A stretch of DNA of 44,203 nucleotides. It comes from a virus (Duplodnaviria; Caudoviricetes). How positions within the stretch are numbered: position 1 is the stretch's first letter; every line of letters begins with the position of its first letter. Below are positions 8,391 to 16,266 of this stretch, piece by piece. The notes beneath the pieces are model-generated. The model made no database searches, was not told the origin of the DNA, and was given only the letters and a program-made list of their open reading frames with translations. The position numbers and the translations under genes are program-made. The stretch lies in the IMG/VR virus record IMGVR_UViG_3300036825_000154, positions 1-44,203 of that record. One strand, written 5' to 3'.

Positions 8391-8465
8391 AAAGGCACTG
8401 CCTGAGTTGATGCACGCGCTCGGTTTCCCTACGGTTCCAGCACACTGGAGCAGGGCAGAGCCTTT
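8391..8465 (-). ncRNA. Long closed stem with branched interior (RNase III-type processing hairpin candidate)
   Basis: AAAGGCwCTGCC...GGCAGwGCCTTT inverted repeat. Confidence 0.45.
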
Positions 8466-8473
8466 ATTGATGT

Positions 8474-8498
8474 AAAAAAGAGCCCCGGCTAGCGGGGC
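8474..8498 (-). terminator. Intrinsic terminator on the pL transcript
   Basis: GCCCCG-loop-CGGGGC followed by TCTTTTTT on the minus strand. Confidence 0.7.
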
Positions 8499-8519
8499 AA
8501 ACTGGAAGTGAGGCGGAGT

Positions 8520-8584
8520 GTTGTGGTGTCAGGAGTTGAACCTGTGGTGGGGAGGAAGCCCACCTATCACCGGATAACCACAAC
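8520..8584 (-). ncRNA. tRNA-like mini-cloverleaf RNA (not a canonical tRNA)
   Basis: GTTGTGGT/ACCACAAC closing stem and three hairpins, including CAGG-TTCAACT-CCTG. Confidence 0.45.
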
Positions 8585-8627
8585 GGGGAAAACACTGACT
8601 GAATGCTCTCCACGTTGTGCGCCGGTA

Positions 8628-8714
8628 TTACCCGGCGATGCAGATTCCAATTACTGACCAGCAGGCGACGCAGAAGACAACCACGCCAAGCCAGACGATT
8701 TGATTAAAGGTCAT
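8628..8714 (-). CDS. 28-aa hydrophobic peptide MTFNQIVWLGVVVFCVACWSVIGICIAG (not in ORF track)
   Basis: GAGG SD; single predicted TM helix. Confidence 0.6.
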   Translation of the reverse strand: MTFNQIVWLGVVVFCVACWSVIGICIAG

Positions 8715-8750
8715 GATTGCCTCGGTGCGCCCCGTAGGGCGCGGTGGGTG

Positions 8751-8939
8751 TTATTTGGTTGCGGCCAATTCTCTGGCGTAACCCAGGAATCGCCGTGATT
8801 CTTCAGGCGTTATACCTTTCTCCGGCCATGCTGCTGCCTTAGCGTTGTTGCGCAGTGACCGACGTATCCTGCGGTAGTCAAATTTGCCAGATGGGCGACG
8901 CAGGCCGGAAAGGCGTTTTTCTGATTGCTGTAATTTCAT
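8751..8939 (-). CDS. Arg-rich small protein
   Basis: GAGGG SD; DYRRIRRSLR. Confidence 0.6.
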   Translation of the reverse strand: MKLQQSEKRLSGLRRPSGKFDYRRIRRSLRNNAKAAAWPEKGITPEESRRFLGYARELAATK

Positions 8940-8956
8940 CGTGTAACCCTCTGCTG

Positions 8957-9118
8957 TTAGTCTGCGATCTGGCGCGAGAGCCAGCGCTGTGCGCCAGCTT
9001 TACTTTTGAATGGCTTGCTGCTTTTGGTGAACGTCATTGCGGTAAACGTGCCGTCGTTGTTAGGAAAAACGCCGGTTTTTACTGTTTCGTTGTTGCCCAT
9101 ATCGTGAGTAGTGTTCAT
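8957..9118 (-). CDS. DUF1391/YdaF-like 53-aa protein (not in ORF track)
   Basis: DMGNNETVKTGVFPNNDGTFTAMTFTKS..FK..AGAQRWL; GGAGG SD. Confidence 0.85.
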   Translation of the reverse strand: MNTTHDMGNNETVKTGVFPNNDGTFTAMTFTKSSKPFKSKAGAQRWLSRQIAD

Positions 9119-9534
9119 CGTGTTACCCCTCCAGTAGAACTTATGCCTGTCCGCCGGTTGCTCTCGGCGGCAGGGTAAATCTACTCGTCATTTTCAGGCT
9201 GATTGATGCGTTAACCGGTCGCCAGCCGGAACTGCGTGATGCTTATCGCCACCTTTCCCTCACTCCGTCGCAGGGGGAACTTGGCCCTTACCGCTGATGC
9301 GGCTGGCCGTTAATTGCGGTCGTCCCGTTTATTCACTACATGATCCCGTCCTCCAGTTGTCTGCCTGTTCACATGCGGGGTCAGGCTCCCGTGCTTAAGT
9401 CCCACGCACCCGTCATAGCCGAAGCTGATAAGTGCGCAGGGTGTAAAAGATATTCCGCCACCCAACTCTGTCCGCCGCATGCCTGCCGTGCCATGCCCCC
9501 GTAAGGGCCGGGGATCCGCAGGGTGCTGAGTTAT

Positions 9535-9586
9535 GCAGATCTCTCTGCTCAACGCTGGGTGACTAAACCTGATTGTTAAAGAGCGT
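9535..9586 (-). promoter_or_regulatory. nutL-like site: consensus boxA plus a GNRA hairpin
   Basis: CGCTCTTTAACAA (9573-9585) then GCAGA-GAGA-TCTGC (9535-9548) on the minus strand. Confidence 0.7.
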
Positions 9587-9627
9587 CCCGGTGGTTTGGG
9601 GTGACGTTGTTGCTGTCGATGGAATTA

Positions 9628-9691
9628 ATAATAGCCATGAGTATATTTAATAGCAATAGGTATTGATTGTTGATTAATAGCTATAGTTATA
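9628..9691 (-). promoter_or_regulatory. pL promoter with three OL operators
   Basis: TTGCTA-17-TATTAT; operators AATAGCCATGAGTATA (9630), AATAGCAATAGGTATT (9649), AATAGCTATAGTTATA (9676). Confidence 0.8.
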
Positions 9692-9820
9692 ATTTGTTGT
9701 TTCGAAAGTGAATTTAGTTGATAAAAATTGGTGCAGTGGCTTTGCGTGTGGTGTTTTTGTGGGGAGGCTGGCAGGACAAAAAGAATTGATTTTCTATAGA
9801 AAAGAGTTAATTATGAAAAC

Positions 9821-9840
9821 AACTGTATATATAAACAGTA
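9821..9840. promoter_or_regulatory. LexA (SOS) box
   Basis: AACTGTATATATAAACAGTA, near consensus. Confidence 0.85.
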
Positions 9841-9876
9841 TTTTTTAAGTTAAGGAATTTTTGCCCCGGGGGAAGT

Positions 9877-10080
9877 ATGGTTGAGATATTGGTGCGTAGT
9901 TCTACAGGGGTTTATAAAGCGGAAACCCTGCAAGAGCAGGGTTTGAGTGATTACATTCTGAAATCTCGGAGTAGTAGAACTACGACTCCAATCAATGAAT
10001 CAGACGTTAATTCTATGAGCGGCACGCGGGAATCATCTACAGACAAGAAGCCGAATGTCCCACCATCAAGGAAGCGATAG
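9877..10080 (+). CDS. Possible small SOS-controlled ORF, antisense to the cI 3' end
   Basis: GGGGGA SD and LexA box upstream; about two-thirds overlaps cI. Confidence 0.3.
   Translation: MVEILVRSSTGVYKAETLQEQGLSDYILKSRSSRTTTPINESDVNSMSGTRESSTDKKPNVPPSRKR
9923..9944. terminator. Hairpin just downstream of cI (possible bidirectional terminator)
   Basis: AAACCCTGC-AAGA-GCAGGGTTT. Confidence 0.55.
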
Positions 10081-10544
10081 GCTGATACTGAACCATTGAC
10101 TTTAGCCAGAACCAAATCGCCAGTGCCAGGAGTGATATTTGAATCAGCTATGACAATAGAACCTGCTGGGGCTTCAGAGCATCCGCTATTTCGCTTGAGG
10201 ATATAAGCCCTCCAAGATGATAGCGGCTTACCTTTAGGTGAGATAACGTAGTCATCTGTTTCGCCATTTTCATCCCAGACCGGTATTTGACTTGAGCGAT
10301 CAAGCCTTGGCGCAGGGGGGCTATCAGCACCGGTCATCTCACCAACGCCATTAGCCAGCCAATCGACATTTACGCCAAGAGCATTTGCGATATCGACCAG
10401 CTTACCTGATGTCTTTGCCTTCCCTTTCGTTAATCGCCAAATCGTAGGTTGAGCAACACCTGATGCCTCAGCAAGAGCTGCTTGAGTCATGTTGTCACGA
10501 TAAACCATGGCCTGGTTAAGGCGTTCTGCAAGTGTCGTTTTCAT
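9951..10544 (-). CDS. cI: CI-type repressor: XRE HTH + degenerate S24-like C-terminal domain (start MKTTLA)
   Basis: MTQAALAEASGVAQPTIWRL HTH; divergent from cro. Confidence 0.9.
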   Translation of the reverse strand: MKTTLAERLNQAMVYRDNMTQAALAEASGVAQPTIWRLTKGKAKTSGKLVDIANALGVNVDWLANGVGEMTGADSPPAPRLDRSSQIPVWDENGETDDYVISPKGKPLSSWRAYILKRNSGCSEAPAGSIVIADSNITPGTGDLVLAKVNGSVSAYRFLDGGTFGFLSVDDSRVPLIELTSDSLIGVVVLLLRDFRM

Positions 10545-10551
10545 ACGGGCA

Positions 10552-10622
10552 AATTTATAGCCGTGCGTATTAAGCGTCAAATTCGAATTGCTATTGCTTA
10601 TTAAAATACTCATTGCTATTAT
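10552..10622. promoter_or_regulatory. OR region: leaderless pRM, pR and three 16-bp operators
   Basis: pRM TTGACG-17-TAAATT ends 7 nt before the cI ATG; pR TTGCTT-17-TATTAT; operators at 10556, 10580 and 10605 match the OL consensus AATAGCnATnnGTATT. Confidence 0.8.
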
Positions 10623-10654
10623 CCGTGGTGATTAATACGTTTAAGGATTAAGTG

Positions 10655-10867
10655 ATGAACGAAGCTATTCAAAAGGCTGTAAGCATCGTTGGTAGCCAGC
10701 AAAAACTTGCATCTCTGTGCGGAGTTAAACAGCCAACAGTTTGGCGCTGGCTTCATGGCGGCGGCATCGATGCTCGTTACGTAAAACCAATAGTTAATGC
10801 CACTGGCGGACAGGTTAAAGCTGTTGAGATTCGTCCTGACCTAGCCGATCTGCTGGATGCACGCTGA
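10655..10867 (+). CDS. cro: Cro/YdaS-like HTH protein
   Basis: GSQQKLASLCGVKQPTVWRW...EIRPDL. Confidence 0.9.
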   Translation: MNEAIQKAVSIVGSQQKLASLCGVKQPTVWRWLHGGGIDARYVKPIVNATGGQVKAVEIRPDLADLLDAR

Positions 10868-10881
10868 TGAGGGAATTATCA

Positions 10882-11208
10882 ATGGGAAACAATGCAATAG
10901 CACGCAAGTCAGAACTACCGAAACTCAAGCCAGTTGAAATGGAGGGCTTGATTCTCAATCGCCTTTCGTCTGTTGGGCAAAAGCCAGTGGCGGATGCAAT
11001 CAGCGTAGATGAGTCGACGCTTAGCCGGTGGAAGGGAAAGGGTGGCCACATTGAGCAATTTTGCCGACTGTTGACGGAGTTGGGGATCCAGTTGGCTCCA
11101 CCAGGAGCGGTTCTAGTCCGTCGTGACTATCTCTTTTCAATGGAAACGCTAGCTGAGATTGGAATGAAGGCTGAGCGCATGCGGCCAGAGCCGCTGGGAT
11201 GGGACTAA
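10882..11208 (+). CDS. cII: CII-family activator
   Basis: ILNRL..VGQ..VA.A..VDEST.SRWK; position after cro. Confidence 0.8.
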   Translation: MGNNAIARKSELPKLKPVEMEGLILNRLSSVGQKPVADAISVDESTLSRWKGKGGHIEQFCRLLTELGIQLAPPGAVLVRRDYLFSMETLAEIGMKAERMRPEPLGWD

Positions 11209-11483
11209 ATGGCCTGGGACACTTTTGTTTACGACAACATCAAACGCCAGCTGGTGGCTGAGGGATTCAGCGAAGCAGTGGCTCAGGGGGGGGGGCAAAT
11301 CATGGTGCTGATCACTATCGCCGCATGTCGCAGGCGAGTCGCAAGGGGATGGCATTCGACGACTGTCTCACCCGTGCAAGGCAGTTTTCGCTTGCGAGCT
11401 GTACGAAGGAAGAAAAGCCAGAGAAGGCGGGTAAGAAAGCAAAAAGCCGAACAGTTGCAGCTGCTCGGCAATCACTTATCTAA
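11209..11483 (+). pseudogene. Phage small protein frameshifted at a G10 tract
   Basis: G10 at 11286-11295; the alternative frame gives ANHGADHYRRMSQASRKGMAFDDCL to TAA 11483. Confidence 0.65.
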
Positions 11484-11496
11484 CTAGGGGGATGTC

Positions 11497-12249
11497 ATGA
11501 ACTTTCAAAGTAAGCAAAGCGAAGTTGGTATGACAAACCACAGCCTGATTATTGCAAACGGTTCGGATTCTGGCAACAGCCTGACGATGAGCAGTCGTGA
11601 GATCGCTCAGTTGGTTGAATCAAGGCATTCCGATGTTTGCACTGCGATAGAAAGGCTGGTTAGCCGTGGGGCTATTTCAGGGTATACGGCAGTGCCGTAC
11701 ACCCACCCACAGAACGGCCAGCAGTATCGCGAGTATCAGGTAAACAAGCGGGACAGCTATGTCGTTGTAGCTCAGCTATCCCCTGAATTTACTGCACGCC
11801 TGGTAGACCGGTGGCAGGAGCTTGAGAACCGCTCCTCTATTCCACAGTCCCTACCGGAAGCATTACGCATGGCGGCAGATTTGGCGGAACAAAAACTAAA
11901 GCTTGAAGGGCAGTTGGCTATAGCTGCTCCAAAGGTCGAATTTGCTGATCGGGTTGGAGAGGCTAAGGGCGTCCTGATTGGAAATTTCGCCAAGGCAATC
12001 GGCATAGGTCAAAACAAGCTCTTTGCGTGGATGCGTGATTCTGGGGTGCTGATTTCGGTAGGCGCACGCCGCAACGTTCCCAAACAGGAGTTTATGGATC
12101 GAGGTTACTTCACGGTTCGAGAAACACCGGTAATGACCCACCACGGCATACAGATTTCATTCACCGCGCACATCACTGGCAAAGGTCAGCAATGGCTAAC
12201 GCGCAAGCTGAAAGAATCTGGTGAGCTTCCTGACTTGCTGGCGAGTTAA
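11497..12249 (+). CDS. Rha-N + ANT (KilA-C) antirepressor-type protein
   Basis: TMSSREIA..V.SRH; PQSLPEALR; APKVEFADRV; ITGKGQQWL. Confidence 0.9.
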   Translation: MNFQSKQSEVGMTNHSLIIANGSDSGNSLTMSSREIAQLVESRHSDVCTAIERLVSRGAISGYTAVPYTHPQNGQQYREYQVNKRDSYVVVAQLSPEFTARLVDRWQELENRSSIPQSLPEALRMAADLAEQKLKLEGQLAIAAPKVEFADRVGEAKGVLIGNFAKAIGIGQNKLFAWMRDSGVLISVGARRNVPKQEFMDRGYFTVRETPVMTHHGIQISFTAHITGKGQQWLTRKLKESGELPDLLAS

Positions 12250-12251
12250 CC

Positions 12252-12428
12252 ATGAGCCAATCCGTCCAATTAAACCGAATTTATCTCGATGCTCGCGGTA
12301 ATCGCGTGACAGTCGTTCGGTGGGATCGGGCTGCTCAGCAGGTGGTTTTTATGCGAAAGGGCTACCCGTATGAATGCATGCAGCCACTTGAGCGATTTAA
12401 AGAGAAATTTAAGCGAGTCGAAGTATGA
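12252..12428 (+). CDS. DUF4222-like 58-aa protein (not in ORF track)
   Basis: RIYLDARG.RVTVVRWD...QVVFMR.GYPYECM.PL.RF..KF; ATGA overlap with the initiator. Confidence 0.8.
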   Translation: MSQSVQLNRIYLDARGNRVTVVRWDRAAQQVVFMRKGYPYECMQPLERFKEKFKRVEV

Positions 12429-13450
12429 GCATGAATCTGATGGCGCAGGCTATGAGCATAAAAGTGGGCAACCCACTGCGCAAGCTGGTGCTGATCAAGA
12501 TAGCCGACAACGCTAACGACAAGGGCGAGTGCTGGCCTTCCTATCAGCATGTTGCTGACCATTGCGAGTGCAGTAAAAGCGCTGTGCGGACGCACATTGA
12601 GGCATTGATTAAGATGGGATTAATCACAAAAGAGAACCGCTTGGGCGTTAATAACGGCAAGGGGAATACATCGAACCTTTATTACCTGACGCTGGACACC
12701 CCTGTGTCGCCAGAAAGCATAGCCCCCTGTGCCGCCAAAAAGCATAGCCCTATGCCGTCAAAAAACACAGGGGTATGCCAGCAGGTGACACCCCCTATGT
12801 CACCAGAAAGCACACCCCCTGTGCCATCTGCTGGCACCAGAACCAGTCACTCTTCTGAACCTGTCATTGAACCAAAAGAAAAACCCCCTATAGCCCCCCA
12901 GGGCGAACAACCTGCGGTGGACACATCGGGCATGGCAGGGGAAGTGCTGGATTTTTTGAATCTGAAAATCAACGGCAAAACACCAAAGCGCGTCAGCACG
13001 CTGTTGGAAATTACCGAACGCCTGACGGAAGGGAACACCGTGGAAGAACTGAAGCTGGTGGCAGAACACCGCGCAATCCTGCTGCTGAGCAATCCAGAAA
13101 TGGGGCACATGCTCAGTGCCAAGATGATTTTTGACCCGGTACGTTTCAGCGGCTACCTGGCTGCGGCCAACACCTGGAACAGCCAGCGTACTCGCAAAGC
13201 TGCAATGGCCGATGCTGTCGAGCAACAACGCCAGGATCCGCCTGCTGGTGATATTCCAAAAATTGATTTTGAAGAGTCCTTTGACCGCTTAATCCGTGAT
13301 GCGGCGATGCCTGCCAACGCTGCCGAAAAACGCGCTCAGCAGCAGGTACGCAAGAACGGTTTTGGAAATGTTGACGAAGGGAAAGCCCGTCAAATGTGGC
13401 GACCAATTTTAACCCGCGCCTATGCGATGACCGGGGGGCAGGCTGTATGA
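12425..13450 (+). CDS. O-like replication initiator (N-terminal HTH_36-type domain)
   Basis: KLVLIKIADNAND.GECWPSY..VA..CE.S; internal iterons. Confidence 0.9.
   Translation: MSMNLMAQAMSIKVGNPLRKLVLIKIADNANDKGECWPSYQHVADHCECSKSAVRTHIEALIKMGLITKENRLGVNNGKGNTSNLYYLTLDTPVSPESIAPCAAKKHSPMPSKNTGVCQQVTPPMSPESTPPVPSAGTRTSHSSEPVIEPKEKPPIAPQGEQPAVDTSGMAGEVLDFLNLKINGKTPKRVSTLLEITERLTEGNTVEELKLVAEHRAILLLSNPEMGHMLSAKMIFDPVRFSGYLAAANTWNSQRTRKAAMADAVEQQRQDPPAGDIPKIDFEESFDRLIRDAAMPANAAEKRAQQQVRKNGFGNVDEGKARQMWRPILTRAYAMTGGQAV
12698..12840 (+). repeat. Replication-origin iterons
   Basis: Five to six degenerate copies of CCCTRTGYCRYCARAAARCAYA spaced about 22-25 bp. Confidence 0.8.
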
Positions 13451-13674
13451 AACGAGTTTTCGGTGTTGCTGTTTTACCATTGCTGATCGCTTTGAACCAT
13501 GTTTGGCGCTGGTGGATGTTGCGTGAGGCCCGTAAATACTGGGCAGACAGAGGCATAAAGCGTCGAGAGGCATTGCAGGAAGGGTATATCACAGAGTGGC
13601 AGAAACGGTTCTTCGCGTTTGATTATTACGGTATTCGCGGGATTGTTCGTAAAGCGGCAGGGGAAATTCTATGA
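13447..13674 (+). CDS. Hypothetical protein (start MKRVFG)
   Basis: ATGA overlaps on both sides. Confidence 0.6.
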   Translation: MKRVFGVAVLPLLIALNHVWRWWMLREARKYWADRGIKRREALQEGYITEWQKRFFAFDYYGIRGIVRKAAGEIL

Positions 13675-14648
13675 GAGCCATAGTGAAGTCCAATGTACAG
13701 CGTGATCTGGGTATCGCGATGATCAAGGCGGGTGGTGAGCTGCTGCCATATCTGACTGGCCGAGTGCTGGTATCAACACTGCCGGACGAAATGAAAGACC
13801 TCCCAGACGGGATTTTGCCAAAGGTAGAGCATGAGATAGCGAACGATCCGCGTCTGCAGTCATTCTTCCATCATGAGCGCGTTATCGGTGCTGCTGGTGG
13901 TATTAACGCAATGGAAGCTTGGGCAACACGCTTCACGGGATGCCAGTACTGCGAAGACGATAAACCACGCCAACTGCTAACGCGTCGTTATGGGCATGCC
14001 GCAATGCGTATCTGCTGGGGCTGTGACAACAAGACTGATGGGCATATATCACCAAATCTTGATGGAATAGCGAACGTGAACATGGCTCGCTGGGTGGTTG
14101 AGACGGTGAAATGGCGGCTTAAGTCAGAAGGCCAACTGACAATGCCTGAGCTTATTTTGTGGGCAGCTATTTCTGATGTCGTTGACCTGATACCTGATGA
14201 CATTTCGGCTGACTTACTGCGGTTGCCAAAGCCGGTTTTCGTCTCTGGCCCGAGAAAAGAATCAGACCTGGAGCCAAGAATTTCAGCAACCGAAATCCTG
14301 AAGAAAACGGCGATTAAGGTTTTCACAGTTGACCCAGAGCCGCCGAAAGCCTTCATGCTGCGTCCAAAGCTGACACGCGTCGAAGACAGTAAATGGACTC
14401 GCTGGGTTAAAGCGCAGACGTGCTGCTGTGGCTGTGGCCGCCGCGCTGATGACCCACACCACATTATCGGACATGGCCTGGGCGGCATGGGAACGAAGCC
14501 AAGCGACTATCTGACAATCCCGTTAGCCAGAGACTGCCACCGGAAACTCCATGACAACCCCGACGCATGGGAAGCCGAGCACGGCAGCCAGGCCGTTTTG
14601 CTGGCCCAGTTCATGGAATATTCCTACGGCGTGGGGGCATTGGGATGA
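13671..14648 (+). CDS. DUF968/YdfU-family protein (HNH-like C-terminus)
   Basis: WTRWVK.Q.C..CG..ADDPHHIIGHG.GGMGTK..D..TIPL...CH..LH. Confidence 0.9.
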   Translation: MRAIVKSNVQRDLGIAMIKAGGELLPYLTGRVLVSTLPDEMKDLPDGILPKVEHEIANDPRLQSFFHHERVIGAAGGINAMEAWATRFTGCQYCEDDKPRQLLTRRYGHAAMRICWGCDNKTDGHISPNLDGIANVNMARWVVETVKWRLKSEGQLTMPELILWAAISDVVDLIPDDISADLLRLPKPVFVSGPRKESDLEPRISATEILKKTAIKVFTVDPEPPKAFMLRPKLTRVEDSKWTRWVKAQTCCCGCGRRADDPHHIIGHGLGGMGTKPSDYLTIPLARDCHRKLHDNPDAWEAEHGSQAVLLAQFMEYSYGVGALG

Positions 14649-15001
14649 AGAGTTACAACATAGTCCCGATCCCCAAGCCACGCCAAACACAAAGAGACCG
14701 GTGGGCCCAGCGCCCGCCAGTTCTGCGCTACCGGGCATTTTGCGACGAAGTGAGGCTGCACCGGATATCGCTTCCTGAATGCGGCTATCACGTGACCTTT
14801 GTTCTACCCATGCCGGATAGCTGGAGCAAGAAGAAACGCACTGAGATGGCCGGGAAACCGCATCAACAGAAGCCAGACAAAGACAATCTGGAAAAGGCGT
14901 TATTGGATGCCATTTTTGAGGACGACTGCCGGATCTGGGACGGTCGTGTAACAAAGGTTTGGGGCGAAGTAGGCCAAATAATTATCGGAGTAATAGCATG
15001 A
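14645..15001 (+). CDS. rusA: RusA-family Holliday junction resolvase
   Basis: PKPR; KPDKDNLEKALLDA..EDD. Confidence 0.9.
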   Translation: MKSYNIVPIPKPRQTQRDRWAQRPPVLRYRAFCDEVRLHRISLPECGYHVTFVLPMPDSWSKKKRTEMAGKPHQQKPDKDNLEKALLDAIFEDDCRIWDGRVTKVWGEVGQIIIGVIA

Positions 15002-15693
15002 GAATAGAGCACGCACTTTTAGCCAGCAGCCCGAAGTCTCCTTCGATTATGAGCATGGCACCGGAAACCAAGCCCCAATCAAAATTGATGATTGGTCAGG
15101 ACGGGATACAACAGGAACGCAGAGTTGTTCGCGCCTCTCAGGGGCAAGGTGGAGGGCAGGGTGGCTATACCGATGTCATGGTCGCCTTGGGGATCACGCA
15201 GTCCAGAGAGGCACAGGGGCTAAGCCTTCTCTATGCAAAATTTAATAAGGACAAATCAGAAAGAGAAAAGGCAATTGAGCGACTGGCTCAGCATGCGATT
15301 AAACAGGCACCAAAGCTGGTTGGTAAAGCCGCTGGCAGACAATTGGCACGGTGCATGGTGCTGCTTTCGAAACTGGCAGTTGATGACTTCTGTAGAACGG
15401 CAGACATAGAGCGTGCCAGGTGTAGATGTGGTGGTAGTGGTAAAACCTACGACATCGCAGCCACAAAGTCTGAAGGGCAAGTGATTGAGAAGACCTGCGG
15501 TAGATGTCATGGAACAGGATTAAAGCCTACTACGACTGCCCCAGCTCATAAGGTAGTAAAAGGGCTTATTCCCACCCTGAGCCAGCAAACGTGGAATAGA
15601 AACTGGCAGCGCTTTTATCAGATGTTGATCAGTAAGTGTTACCAAGACGCAGAAGCCGCCGAGATAGTGCTTGGTAGAGTGACTTCCAATTAA
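14998..15693 (+). CDS. Q: Q-type late antiterminator
   Basis: TDVMVALG, C.C.G.G...C.RC.GTG Zn motif, W.R.W..FY; upstream of the lysis genes. Confidence 0.85.
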   Translation: MRIEHALLASSPKSPSIMSMAPETKPQSKLMIGQDGIQQERRVVRASQGQGGGQGGYTDVMVALGITQSREAQGLSLLYAKFNKDKSEREKAIERLAQHAIKQAPKLVGKAAGRQLARCMVLLSKLAVDDFCRTADIERARCRCGGSGKTYDIAATKSEGQVIEKTCGRCHGTGLKPTTTAPAHKVVKGLIPTLSQQTWNRNWQRFYQMLISKCYQDAEAAEIVLGRVTSN

Positions 15694-15742
15694 CAAGGTT
15701 AAGTATTTTTGCGGTTATTTTATAAATTTTATCAACCAAGTC

Positions 15743-15771
15743 TTGCATTATTGAGTAATTTTGGTTAGATT
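15743..15771 (+). promoter_or_regulatory. Late promoter pR'
   Basis: TTGCAT-17-TAGATT after Q. Confidence 0.6.
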
Positions 15772-15830
15772 TGACCTTAATGATGGGATTTCAATGCCTA
15801 CGGGCCGACAAATCACCACTGCCACATTAA

Positions 15831-15863
15831 AAGAACCCGCCTCTGTGCGGGTTTTTCTGTTTT
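15831..15863 (+). terminator. tR'-like terminator
   Basis: AACCCGC-loop-GCGGGTTTTT. Confidence 0.8.
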
Positions 15864-15968
15864 CAGCCCCAGCCTAAATTCGACACACACCGCATAGCCG
15901 ACTCGTTTACGGCTGGTGGCTGATCCCTTCCTTCACACAGCACAGCCCGATAACCGGGAGGTGGAGTC

Positions 15969-16265
15969 ATGAAAATGCACCCAGACAATCCAAACCTGCC
16001 GTACTGGTGGTCGGCACTGCTCGGCTTCTTTTCGTTGCTGTCGCTGCAGGATTACATATTCATCATTGGCGCACTGATATCGGCCTTCTTCACGATCAAG
16101 ACGTACTACGCCAAACGGAAAGAGGAACGCGAACGGCTGGCTGAGGAGCGCAGACGCACTCAAATCATGCAGGACTATCTTCACGGCGTATCGATCAAGC
16201 CAGAGGGTGAGCGTCCAGCGGCTGTGGAAGTTGTGGCGGAAGCAATGCGCAGAGCTGAGGGCTGA
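15969..16265 (+). CDS. Holin
   Basis: Two hydrophobic segments, charged C-terminus, MKM dual-start pattern, before the endolysin. Confidence 0.8.
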   Translation: MKMHPDNPNLPYWWSALLGFFSLLSLQDYIFIIGALISAFFTIKTYYAKRKEERERLAEERRRTQIMQDYLHGVSIKPEGERPAAVEVVAEAMRRAEG

Positions 16266-16266
16266 T

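Noticed and set aside
8520-8584. Canonical tRNA-Gly gene
   Set aside because: Only 65 nt, truncated D arm, 4-bp T stem, no CCA; kept only as tRNA-like
9310-9552. 80-aa minus-strand ORF as the N antiterminator
   Set aside because: TTG start, no clear SD, no Arg-rich motif; region looks like structured RNA
9119-9600. HK022-type put antiterminator RNA
   Set aside because: Could not match the put sequence by eye; boxA points to Nus-dependent control instead
10545-10613. N-terminal extension of CI given in the ORF track
   Set aside because: Covers the OR operators; promoter geometry supports a leaderless start at 10544
12698-12840. CRISPR-like or unexplained repeat array
   Set aside because: No unique spacers; degenerate repeats inside the initiator gene are typical origin iterons
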